Assembly (NCBI GenBank): GCA_013343275.1
Contig: CP046106.1
Coordinates: 384,001-448,000 of the forward strand
From: Candidatus Nanohaloarchaea archaeon
GTDB lineage: Archaea > Nanohalarchaeota > Nanosalinia > Nanosalinales > Nanosalinaceae
DNA length: 64,000 bases
Reading direction: 5' to 3'
Both the position numbers and the translations under genes were made by a program. The notes beneath the pieces were generated by a model that was given only the letters and a program-made list of their open reading frames with translations, searched no databases and was not told the DNA's origin. Shown in pieces: positions 46,782 through 55,721 of this stretch (its first letter is position 1; every line of letters begins with the position of its first letter).

Positions 46782-48143
46782 CTAACCTGAATAGGTATAG
46801 GCCAGATCCAGGATCTTCTGCTCCTCGAAGTGATCACCAACGATGTGAAGGCCTGTTGGCATACCCTGGCTTTCTCCGTTAGGTATAGATATCATCGGCA
46901 TGCCAGCAAGGTTAGGCCCTACTGTCAGAGTATCCATCGCGTAGATTTCTTCAGGAGCCATTGATTCGGCCTCTTCGATCTTGGGGGCGATGTTCGGCAT
47001 TGAAGGAGAGATAACAGCATCGTACTCCTCAAACACTTCCTTGTACTGGTCGATTATCTTCTGTCGGACCTTCGCGGCCTTGATATAGTATTCATCCCTG
47101 TAGCCTGCCTGACGGGTATAGGTTCCTAGAAGAATCCTTCTCTTAGCCTCCTCTCCAAACCCTTCTGATCTAACCTCTGAGAAGTATTCATTGAAGTCAT
47201 CGAAATCTTCAGGATCCATCTCCATGCCGTAACGCATGCCGGACATCTTTGCCAGGTTAGTCGAGGCCTCGCTCATCGCAAGAACATAGTAAGCTGGTAC
47301 TGCAACGTCTGCCGAGAGAAGCGGCATATCAACTTCCTCAACAGTAAAGCCTTTCTCCTCCAGCTCCTGGATAGAGGCCCTGAAGTTCTCCATTACTCCT
47401 TCCTCAACTCCTTCAAGTTCAAGGTACTGTTCTGGCACTGCAATTTTGCCTTCTGCTTCGGAAAGGTTCTCGGAGTACTCAGGTACTTCCTTGCTTGACA
47501 TTGTCTGGTCGTTCTCATCTTCACCGGCGATTACCTCCAGACCTTTTGCAACTCCAAAGACTGATTTGGCAAGGACTCCAATCTTGTCAAGAGAGTTAGC
47601 GTAATCTACAAGGCCATAGCGAGAGACTCTTCCATAGGTCGGTGTGATACCGACTACACCATTGTATGCTGCAGGATTGGTGATCGAGCCTCCGGTTGAT
47701 TCTCCCAGAGAGATCAATGGCTGATCCATTGCTGCGACAACTGCTCCAGCTCCTCCAGAAGAACCTCCAACAACTCTTTCTTCATCGTGAGGATTTCTCG
47801 GCGTGTCGAACGCACAGTTAGTGGAGAAAGTTCCAAAGCCGAATTCGTCCTGATTGGTTTTTCCGTAGAAACGGGCGCCGGCCTCCTTCAATCTTTCAAC
47901 TACTGTAGCATCGAATACCGGCCTGTAGTCCTCCAAGATCTTGCTGCCTGCAGAAGTAGTAACTCCTTCAGTACAGATAGCATCCTTCACCACGAAAGGG
48001 ATATTCTGCAGAGAGCCTTCTTTCGTCTCTCCCTGCTTGATCTCTCTCATGAAGCTCAGTTCTTCGTTTCTATCCTGGAGCTCCTGGTAGAATTTTTCGT
48101 GATCTATTTCTTTCTCGCCTTTCAGAACTTTTTCCACAGTCAT
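46782..48143 (-). CDS. gatA: Asp/Glu-tRNA amidotransferase subunit A
   Basis: VKD, GKTN.DEF, GGSSGG, TGGSI, YGRVSRYG, KRRILLGT. Confidence 0.95.
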   Translation of the reverse strand: MTVEKVLKGEKEIDHEKFYQELQDRNEELSFMREIKQGETKEGSLQNIPFVVKDAICTEGVTTSAGSKILEDYRPVFDATVVERLKEAGARFYGKTNQDEFGFGTFSTNCAFDTPRNPHDEERVVGGSSGGAGAVVAAMDQPLISLGESTGGSITNPAAYNGVVGITPTYGRVSRYGLVDYANSLDKIGVLAKSVFGVAKGLEVIAGEDENDQTMSSKEVPEYSENLSEAEGKIAVPEQYLELEGVEEGVMENFRASIQELEEKGFTVEEVDMPLLSADVAVPAYYVLAMSEASTNLAKMSGMRYGMEMDPEDFDDFNEYFSEVRSEGFGEEAKRRILLGTYTRQAGYRDEYYIKAAKVRQKIIDQYKEVFEEYDAVISPSMPNIAPKIEEAESMAPEEIYAMDTLTVGPNLAGMPMISIPNGESQGMPTGLHIVGDHFEEQKILDLAYTYSG

Positions 48144-48194
48144 AGCCAGAGGTTAGGTGAAGAATCTTAAAAATTCAATCTTCAGCACGCCGCA

Positions 48195-48320
48195 CTAATC
48201 TCTCCTAACACAGTCATCGACATGGAAGTTTTTCCCACATGAAGTACATTTCGGAAATAGAGGCCTGTAACCCTGGAAACTCATTTCTCCTCCGCACTCA
48301 GGACATTCCAGATTCATCAT
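48195..48320 (-). CDS. Small CPxCG zinc-finger protein (41 aa)
   Basis: Below ORF-track cutoff; MMNLECPECGGEMSFQGYRPLFPKCTSCGKNFHVDDCVRRD*; TAATG overlap with upstream stop. Confidence 0.7.
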   Translation of the reverse strand: MMNLECPECGGEMSFQGYRPLFPKCTSCGKNFHVDDCVRRD

Positions 48321-48808
48321 TAATCCTCCAGAAGATGGAACTCTATCTCCTCTTCCTTGGTATCAAGTACGGCTACGGAGAAGCCTTCTTCCTGGCCCGG
48401 CAGCCTGATACCACCAGGATTTAACTCCACAGTCTGGCCATCCTCATCGAGCTTTCTCTCGTGGGTGTGGCCCCGGAAAACATAGTCGTAGTTCTTCTCG
48501 ACGAGGCCTTCCACTATCCCCTCTTCGGTTCCATGGTATACTGCTATCTCAAGGTCTTCGATTTCCAGCTCTATTATATTATTGTGGAACTCTCCGAACT
48601 GCTGAACCGTAGATTTCAGGTTCCATTCGCCGTCGTTGTTCCCTCTTACGGCGTAGAAATCAAAACCCCGATCGAAAAGCTCTGCCGTGAACGGCGCGAT
48701 CATATCGCCGCAGTGAACCACTTTTTCCACACGATCATCGAAGAAATCAGCAGCCTTGTCGGCAAGTTCAATACTGTCGTGGGTGTCGGATACTATGCCT
48801 ATTTTCAT
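48320..48808 (-). CDS. YfcE/MJ0936-family phosphodiesterase
   Basis: SDTH, HCGD, GNND, HG, GHTH, NPG. Confidence 0.9.
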   Translation of the reverse strand: MKIGIVSDTHDSIELADKAADFFDDRVEKVVHCGDMIAPFTAELFDRGFDFYAVRGNNDGEWNLKSTVQQFGEFHNNIIELEIEDLEIAVYHGTEEGIVEGLVEKNYDYVFRGHTHERKLDEDGQTVELNPGGIRLPGQEEGFSVAVLDTKEEEIEFHLLED

Positions 48809-48817
48809 CAGTACAGT

Positions 48818-49096
48818 TTAAGCGCTTGGGCCTTTGAAATGGCCTTCTTCCTCGTTTTCCGTGTTGCGGAATACTTCCTCTCTGTCAAGAGTCTCCTCTT
48901 CCTCGTCTTTACGAGTCTTCGAGTCGACATCTACAGGATGGAAGGCAGGTTCTACATCCTCTGTATCTACCTCATCAAGTGATGAGAACTTCTCAAGGAT
49001 GTTATCGAAATCCTCCTTGAACTCCTCGGCCTCACCATCTTCAAGTTTGATCCTTGCATTGTCGGCCACCTTCTTTACTGTTTCAATATCTACCAT
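48818..49096 (-). CDS. gatC: Asp/Glu-tRNA amidotransferase subunit C
   Basis: VA..ARI.L, L.EVDTE.VEP, R.D, G.F..P. Confidence 0.9.
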   Translation of the reverse strand: MVDIETVKKVADNARIKLEDGEAEEFKEDFDNILEKFSSLDEVDTEDVEPAFHPVDVDSKTRKDEEEETLDREEVFRNTENEEEGHFKGPSA

Positions 49097-49319
49097 AGGT
49101 ATTTATTCCGGTTGAAACTTTTAGAAGAATATCGATGAAACACAGCCACAACCTCTATTTCATGTGGAGGGCTGATTATTGAGAGATTTCAGAACCTGTA
49201 AGGCTATTTTAGAGATAATATGAACGGTCGTGAACAATCAGTGTTAACTGCGAGCGAACATCGATTGTATGGCTAAATGGCCGAAGATTTATAAACAAGC
49301 TTAGAAAATGTTAGAGTAT

Positions 49320-49485
49320 AAGACTTGATCGTTGTTCGTGGTGGGACACGAACTGGGATCGATCGTTTCAAACTCATTGGGAAGTGAGTTTGAGTCAGAC
49401 TTGAATTGGGAAGTTCAAGTCGGGAATCGTATTATCGAAACATGTTGGGAATTTGGTTCAATTAGTTCTATCGTAGAATTAGCTT
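49320..49485 (+). ncRNA. GGGA-loop hairpin array (sRNA or ftsZ leader)
   Basis: TTTATAAA at 49288-49295; three hairpins with GGGA in the loop; six GGGA in about 110 nt; ends approximate. Confidence 0.6.
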
Positions 49486-49535
49486 TGCCGCTTTAAAAAG
49501 GTTAGGTTAAGCCTTGCCGGGGGCGGGTCAACACA

Positions 49536-50615
49536 ATGGAATCTATAATCGACAACACGCCAGACTCTCAGAATGAAGGCCAGAATGCCACAGAAAATCT
49601 TGATGATGTAAAAGATGCTAGAATCCTAGTAGTAGGAATAGGAGGAGCTGGCAACAACCAGGTAACCAGAATCCAGAACAAAGAAGTAGAAGGAGCTGAT
49701 ACTGTCGCTATCAACACAGACAAGCAGCACCTAGAGATGTCCTCCGCCGACAGAAAAATACTTGTAGGAAAAGACCTGACACGAGGTCTCGGAGCAGGAG
49801 GAAAACCTGAGAAAGGCGCTCGCTCCGCTGAAGAAAACAGGGCCGAACTAAGAAATCTATTCAAAGAAGCCGACATGGTCTTCCTCACCGCAGGAATGGG
49901 AGGAGGAACAGGTACAGGCGCAGCCCCAGTACTTGCAGAGATCGCAAAGAAAGAGGACTGCATCGTAATCGGAACAGTCACAATGCCATTCAGTATTGAA
50001 GGCGCACGAATGAGCAAGGCAGAAGACGGCCTCTACAAACTAAGACAACATGTCGACACAGCAATCGTAATTGAAAACGACAAACTACTTGATATCGCAG
50101 GCGACATGCCTCTCGACCAGGCATTCGGAGTAGCTGACGAACTGATCACAACAATGATCAAGGGAATCACAGAGACAATCTCCAAGCCTTCACTCGTCAA
50201 CCTGGACTATGCAGATGTCCAGGCAGTAATGAACGAGGGCGGAGTCGCAGTAGTCGGATACGGAGAGTCAGATACAAACAATAAAGGAAAAGAAGCGATC
50301 CATGAGGCCCTCTCCAATCCATTGCTCGATGTAGAGTTCGACGGAGCAAACGGAGCACTACTCCATGTTGCAGGAGGCGAGGACCTGACACTCAACGAGA
50401 TCAACGACGTCGGCCAGCTGGTAACGGACAAGCTCGACAATCAGGCCCAGGTAATCTGGGGCGCACGAATCCGCGACGACCTGCAAGGAAAACTACAGGT
50501 AATCTCAATTATCACAGGCGTGAAATCACCTTACGTCCTGGGAGAACTTGAGGAAGACGAAGAGACCGAGGTAAAAGGAGACGTAAACGACCTCGGACTT
50601 GAAGTCATGAAATAA
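49536..50615 (+). CDS. ftsZ: Cell division protein FtsZ
   Basis: GIGGAGNN, GLGAGG.P, GMGGGTGTG, NLDYAD. Confidence 0.97.
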   Translation: MESIIDNTPDSQNEGQNATENLDDVKDARILVVGIGGAGNNQVTRIQNKEVEGADTVAINTDKQHLEMSSADRKILVGKDLTRGLGAGGKPEKGARSAEENRAELRNLFKEADMVFLTAGMGGGTGTGAAPVLAEIAKKEDCIVIGTVTMPFSIEGARMSKAEDGLYKLRQHVDTAIVIENDKLLDIAGDMPLDQAFGVADELITTMIKGITETISKPSLVNLDYADVQAVMNEGGVAVVGYGESDTNNKGKEAIHEALSNPLLDVEFDGANGALLHVAGGEDLTLNEINDVGQLVTDKLDNQAQVIWGARIRDDLQGKLQVISIITGVKSPYVLGELEEDEETEVKGDVNDLGLEVMK

Positions 50616-50619
50616 ACTC

Positions 50620-50910
50620 GAAAGCCGGAGGCTTTCTGGGTTACCAGAAATTCTCCAAATTTCGAAAAGGCTGGAGATCGGAGATCTTCTGCTTCACAGA
50701 AAATCTCTGATTTTCGGCAAGGAGGCCACCCGGCCTCATTAAACCTATATTACGGAGGAAGGCCTCTACTCGAAAACCCCTCCCCCCCCCTTCGACAGGC
50801 TTTCCTCCCTAAAAACCTATATTTCAACAGGCGAAGGCTACCAAGACCTCCACGCCACCGACAAAAACCCCTCCCCCCCTTTGTTTTGGCGTGGAGGCCA
50901 GCCTTTCGCC
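50620..50910 (+). ncRNA. Multi-hairpin element with two tandem C-rich-loop modules downstream of ftsZ
   Basis: AAACCTATATT followed by a long hairpin with AACCCCTCCCCCCC loop, twice (50741-50808, 50813-50910); strand inferred. Confidence 0.6.
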
Positions 50911-50982
50911 ACTTATTCTCAATTATTTCTTTTCGATCGCTAAACCAAAAAGTTCTTTACAGTTAACAAACAAAACAGAGCT

Positions 50983-51486
50983 ATGAAAGCTGAGAACGAG
51001 GCTATTCTTGGTCTTTCAGGCCTTCTAGCCTTGCTGGTTCCGGTAACTTTCTACACTACTGAAACACCGCTACTGGCAGGACTTTTCTCACTGGCCTCAC
51101 TTGGCATATACAGGTACTGTGACAGAAAGATGGCTATGTCCAGCCTAACCGACCTGGACGAGCTGAAAAGCCTTTATGTTCAGAAAGGTATAGAGGCCAT
51201 TATACTTCTGACTGCTGTTGCATCGCCGGTAGTTGATAAAAATGTCGCGGTATCCGTGCTCCTACTGGTTTTTGTAAGCGAAACCATTCGTGAAGAGGCA
51301 GAAGCTGTCTCGAAGACCGTACTGACATCTTACGCAGGGTTCGAGATCAGGGCAGCAGTCCTAGGTATAGGCATGGTCTTCCAGTCAGTGGCAAGTTACA
51401 GCCTGTTCTATGCGCTTGTTCTGGTAGGAGTCCTGACTGTCTACGAGCTGGGAAGAACTACTCATATCAGCCTGGAAAATATCTGA
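50983..51486 (+). CDS. Hypothetical membrane protein
   Basis: 167 aa with several TMs. Confidence 0.65.
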   Translation: MKAENEAILGLSGLLALLVPVTFYTTETPLLAGLFSLASLGIYRYCDRKMAMSSLTDLDELKSLYVQKGIEAIILLTAVASPVVDKNVAVSVLLLVFVSETIREEAEAVSKTVLTSYAGFEIRAAVLGIGMVFQSVASYSLFYALVLVGVLTVYELGRTTHISLENI

Positions 51487-51562
51487 AGTAGATGGCTTTT
51501 GAGGCGGCTAAATTTTCCTGGCAGCCTCAGGTATTTAATTTTTCACTGCTCCTTCATTAATT

Positions 51563-52066
51563 ATGAAGGCACCAATATGTAACGTCTGCTTGAAGAGCGA
51601 TGTGCTCTGCAGCAGTTGCAAGGAGAAGTACGAGAACGGTGAAATATCCGATCTGGAAATCGAAATCTCAAGGACACTACAGGATTTAAGCAACGAATAC
51701 GGCTCGCTTAGAGACTCAGAAATCAAACACGCATACGACACAGAAAACGTCGTAGTAATCGTCACAGCAGAGGGAGACGGAGCCAAAGTAGTTGGAAGAA
51801 GCGGAGACATCGTCAAGAAACTCGCAGACGAAATCGGCAAATCAATCAGAGTAGTTGAAAAAAGCGAAGACGACAAAGAAGTCATCAAAGGCCTGCTCAG
51901 CCCTGCTGAAATAGAATCAATCAACACAGTTTTCAGCCCTGACGGCCAGTACAAGAAGATCGTCGTCGACGAAGACTACGAAGGAAAGATCAACCTCTCC
52001 AACGAAGAGTTCGAAGAACTAATCGAACAGATCACAGGGGAGAAGTACGAGCTCTCCTTCGAATAA
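51563..52066 (+). CDS. Archaeal NusA-like KH-domain protein with N-terminal Cys4
   Basis: PICNVC...LCSSC; KH GxxG VVGRSG..VKKL. Confidence 0.85.
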   Translation: MKAPICNVCLKSDVLCSSCKEKYENGEISDLEIEISRTLQDLSNEYGSLRDSEIKHAYDTENVVVIVTAEGDGAKVVGRSGDIVKKLADEIGKSIRVVEKSEDDKEVIKGLLSPAEIESINTVFSPDGQYKKIVVDEDYEGKINLSNEEFEELIEQITGEKYELSFE

Positions 52067-52087
52067 AAAACCTCTTTCTTTTCCCTT

Positions 52088-52642
52088 TCACTTTCTCATA
52101 ATTAGACTGGATCTCTCCCTGGAAAGAATATCGATATCTTCAGGGCCAAGAACACTTTCTCCAGCAGTCTCAAATCCGAGGCTGCGGTAGAAATTGACAG
52201 CATTTTCATTGTCCTCAAATACTTCCACCACAAAGCTGGAGAAACCTTCCGGAATCCGGGCAAAGGCCTCCTCCGCCAATGCAGTACCAACTCCCTGCCG
52301 CCAGTAATCAGGGTGAACAAACATCGAACGTAGCTGGACCTCGTCTTCATCTACAAAAGAGTCTGCCTCGCCGTTCCAGGCCATACGTATCCTGCCAACC
52401 ACTTTACCGTCTTTCTCAGCTACAAGAACAAACGTCCCATCTTTCTCAGTTCTTTTCCTTATATCTTCCTCGGATTTATGGAACTCAGAACTCTGTCGAG
52501 CCACCTCCACCTCTTCAGAGGTCAGAAAGCTTTCCTGGCCCTGAATCCATGATTTCCTGCCCAGCTCCTCCAGGTCCTCAGTGTCGGAAGGCCTGACCTC
52601 TCTGATTTTCAACTCCATCATGATTGTTTTAATTAATCTCAC
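52088..52642 (-). CDS. GNAT acetyltransferase
   Basis: FVHPDYWRQGVGTAL, N..A..FY...GF; start probably a few codons downstream. Confidence 0.9.
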   Translation of the reverse strand: MRLIKTIMMELKIREVRPSDTEDLEELGRKSWIQGQESFLTSEEVEVARQSSEFHKSEEDIRKRTEKDGTFVLVAEKDGKVVGRIRMAWNGEADSFVDEDEVQLRSMFVHPDYWRQGVGTALAEEAFARIPEGFSSFVVEVFEDNENAVNFYRSLGFETAGESVLGPEDIDILSRERSSLIMRK

Positions 52643-52658
52643 GGTTTAAATCAACTCT

Positions 52659-54467
52659 ATGAGCACAGAGAAAAACGCAAAGAACTTCATCGTTGTAATC
52701 GACCAGGAGAAGATAGAACCTGACCTGGCGAAGGAGACCGTCATAAAGTACGATCCATTGAACAGGTCAGGAAAAGAAGGCGGATTCCGCCTCGATGACG
52801 AAGGCCACCTCCACATCGACAACGAAAACGTCATGGAGGCCCACAAGATGGCGATCAACAAGTACCCATACGACGGAGCCATCCAGCTAATCCGACTGGA
52901 CAGAGAGTTCGGAGAAAAAATCCACCAGTACGGGGAAAACGCATTCAGACTCTACGGCCTACCAGAACCAAAAGAAGGCCGGGTAACAGGAATCCTCGGA
53001 AGAAACGGGATCGGAAAATCCACGGCCCTGAGAATACTTGCAGGCGACATAAAGCCAAACCTGGGCCAGTTCGAAGAAGAACCCGACTGGAGCGAAATAA
53101 AGAAAGAATACCGTGGAACAGGCCTCCAAACCCATTTCAACAAACTCGCAGAAGGAGAAGTTACCTCGGCATTCAAGCCTCAGCAGGTCGATAAGATCCC
53201 TGAGTACCACGAAGGGACTGTAGAGGATCTTCTGGAGATAGAGGATGAACGAGATGTTATCGGGGAAGTTGCAGAGAAGACCGATATCTCACATCTTATG
53301 GACAGAGAGCTCGACGAGCTTTCCGGCGGAGAGCTGCAGAGAGTAGCTATTGCATCGACAATGGTGAAAGACGCAGATCTCTACATGTTCGACGAGCCAT
53401 CCTCATTCCTGGACGTAAAACAGCGCTTGAATATTGGAGAGGCCATCCACGCACTTTCGGAGGATGCAGCTGTACTGGTCGTAGAGCACGATCTGGCGAC
53501 GCTCGATCTCGTATCTGACGCAGTACATGTCTTTCATGGAGAGGCCGGAGCCTACGGAATGGTATCGAACGCTTTCTCGACAAGAGAAGGGATAAACCAG
53601 TACCTCGACGGCTACCTCAAAACACATAATTTACAGATCAGAAGCGAATCCATCGACTTCAAACGGACCAAAAGAAGCCAGGTGGAGAAGAAGGCCTCCG
53701 TCTTCGAGTACCCAGAGCTAGCGAAAAGCTTTGGACAAGGAAAGTTCTCACTGGAAGTTGACTCAGGAGTGCTCCACGAGGAGGAGGTTCTCGGAATATT
53801 CGGAGAGAACGGCCTCGGAAAAACTACCTTTGCAAAAATGCTGGCCGGCGCACTGGAGCCAGATCAGGGCCAGTCCCCTGAAGTCGATCTCTCATTCAAA
53901 CCGCAGTACTTGGAATCTCAGGATGCAAACGTTGAGGCCGTAATTTCTCAGCATGTCAACCCTGAGAACAAGAAGTTCAAGAACCGTATTGCAGAACCCC
54001 TCGGGATCGAAGATCTCTACGAGCAGAACATCAACGACCTATCCGGCGGAGAGTTACAGAAAGTGGGCGTCGCGATCTGTCTGTCCAGAAACGCAGACGT
54101 ATACGTACTGGACGAGCCATCGGCCTACCTCGATGTAGAATCAAGAGTGGAACTAGGGAGAGTGATAAAGAGGTTCGCACGGAAAACCGAGAAACCTGTC
54201 ATGGTAATCGATCACGACCTCATACTCCTAGACTATATCTCCGACAGAGGCCTTGTATTCGAGGGAGAGCCAGGAGTTGAAGGCTATGCAGATAATCCTT
54301 CGAAGATCGGAGAGGCTATGAACAAGTTCCTGAAACTCGTGGATCTGACATTCAGGAAGGATCCGGAAACCGGGAGACCTCGAGCCAACAAACCCGGCAG
54401 CCAGAAAGACAAGCAGCAGAGGAAAAAAGACGAGTTCTACGAGCAGAAAGCGGTGAAGAAAGAATGA
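52659..54467 (+). CDS. rli: Ribosome recycling ATPase ABCE1/Rli1 with Cys-free N-terminal domain
   Basis: HQYGENAFRLYGLP, two NBDs (GRNGIGKST, GENGLGKTT, LSGGELQ twice), TFR.D..TGRPR.NK.GS..D. Confidence 0.93.
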   Translation: MSTEKNAKNFIVVIDQEKIEPDLAKETVIKYDPLNRSGKEGGFRLDDEGHLHIDNENVMEAHKMAINKYPYDGAIQLIRLDREFGEKIHQYGENAFRLYGLPEPKEGRVTGILGRNGIGKSTALRILAGDIKPNLGQFEEEPDWSEIKKEYRGTGLQTHFNKLAEGEVTSAFKPQQVDKIPEYHEGTVEDLLEIEDERDVIGEVAEKTDISHLMDRELDELSGGELQRVAIASTMVKDADLYMFDEPSSFLDVKQRLNIGEAIHALSEDAAVLVVEHDLATLDLVSDAVHVFHGEAGAYGMVSNAFSTREGINQYLDGYLKTHNLQIRSESIDFKRTKRSQVEKKASVFEYPELAKSFGQGKFSLEVDSGVLHEEEVLGIFGENGLGKTTFAKMLAGALEPDQGQSPEVDLSFKPQYLESQDANVEAVISQHVNPENKKFKNRIAEPLGIEDLYEQNINDLSGGELQKVGVAICLSRNADVYVLDEPSAYLDVESRVELGRVIKRFARKTEKPVMVIDHDLILLDYISDRGLVFEGEPGVEGYADNPSKIGEAMNKFLKLVDLTFRKDPETGRPRANKPGSQKDKQQRKKDEFYEQKAVKKE

Positions 54468-54712
54468 AGAAAGAGGACATAATCTTTGACCGTGGTGACA
54501 ATGAGATAGTATTCGTCAAGACAGAAATCGATACTGAAGACCTGGCAGAGGTCGAAAAGCCGGAAGAACTCAAGGAGAGAATGAAGAAAGAGGAAGGCCT
54601 TGTACTTGAGAACGCAACCATCACAGCAATCTTCAGCGACGAATTCGCAGTACATCTTCATGAAGACTCGAAGATCACGCTTGATGGAGAACAGATCTAC
54701 CCTACAGATTAA
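54464..54712 (+). CDS. Hypothetical protein
   Basis: 82 aa acidic ORF overlapping the ABCE1 stop. Confidence 0.65.
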   Translation: MKKEDIIFDRGDNEIVFVKTEIDTEDLAEVEKPEELKERMKKEEGLVLENATITAIFSDEFAVHLHEDSKITLDGEQIYPTD

Positions 54713-54736
54713 ACATTTCTATAAGAAACATTCTAC

Positions 54737-55663
54737 ATGAGTAACTGGACAGCAGAAGAAATGCCTAACCTGGAAGGAAAAACAGCTCTAGTCACAGGAG
54801 CAAACTCAGGCATAGGATTTGAAGCCACGAAAAAACTCGCACGGAAAAACGCAGAAGTAGTAATGGCCTGCAGAAAAAAGGAGAAAGGCCTTGAGGCGAA
54901 AGAAGAAATAGAGGCAGAGATTGAAGGCCCCGACCTGAGAGTAATGCAGGTAGACCTGGCCTCACTTGACTCAATCCACGAAACGGCAGAAAAATTCAAA
55001 TCAGAATACGAGAAACTTGATCTACTGTTCAACAATGCCGGAGTAATGGCTATCCCAAGAAGAGAAACAGAAGACGGATTCGAATACCAGATAGGCGTAA
55101 ACCATCTAGGCCACTACGCACTCACAGGCCTGCTACTGGAAAAACTGGAAAACGCCGATGACGAGGCCCGAATAATTTCTCAAAGCTCTATTGCTCACGA
55201 AAACGGCGATATCAACTTCGAAGACATCAACCACGAAAAAAGCTATGACCGCATGCAGGCTTACTCAGATTCCAAGCTTGCAAACATTCTTTTCGCCAAA
55301 GAACTGGATAGAAAACTGAAAGAGGATGACCTAGATATCAAGGCCATAGCTTCACATCCCGGCGTCTCCCACACCAACCTTTTCAACGCTGAGGAAAGCC
55401 AACACAACATAATAGTCACTAAACTAATGGGTCTAGGCCTGAAACTGTTCGGCCAGAGCCCAGAAAAAGGCTGTCTCCCAATGCTTTACGCAGCAACCTC
55501 TGAAGAAATTGAAGGCGGAGAATTCATCGGGCCGGACGGATTCAAAGCAATCCGTGGCAGTCCTGAGAGACAGATACCTTCAGAGAAGGCCCAGGATGAA
55601 AAACTGGCAGAAAGACTCTGGGAGAAATCAGGGGAAATGACCGGCGTGGAGTATAACCTGTAG
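54737..55663 (+). CDS. SDR oxidoreductase (retinol dehydrogenase-like)
   Basis: TGANSGIG, NNAG, VNHLGH, YSDSK, HPG. Confidence 0.92.
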   Translation: MSNWTAEEMPNLEGKTALVTGANSGIGFEATKKLARKNAEVVMACRKKEKGLEAKEEIEAEIEGPDLRVMQVDLASLDSIHETAEKFKSEYEKLDLLFNNAGVMAIPRRETEDGFEYQIGVNHLGHYALTGLLLEKLENADDEARIISQSSIAHENGDINFEDINHEKSYDRMQAYSDSKLANILFAKELDRKLKEDDLDIKAIASHPGVSHTNLFNAEESQHNIIVTKLMGLGLKLFGQSPEKGCLPMLYAATSEEIEGGEFIGPDGFKAIRGSPERQIPSEKAQDEKLAERLWEKSGEMTGVEYNL

Positions 55664-55721
55664 AGTTCCCTGCCGGCGAAAGTAGAGTAATTTAACAGTA
55701 AACCTCCAGACTTGTTACTGA

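Noticed and set aside
49106-49118. TTCCGGTTGAAAC resembles a mini-ORB; G-strings at 50.8 kb resemble ORB tails
   Set aside because: Single copy, no orc1/cdc6 nearby, G-strings not attached to an ORB core
49334-49450. CRISPR array interpretation of the GGGA hairpins
   Set aside because: No identical repeats with unique spacers of regular length; no cas genes in the window
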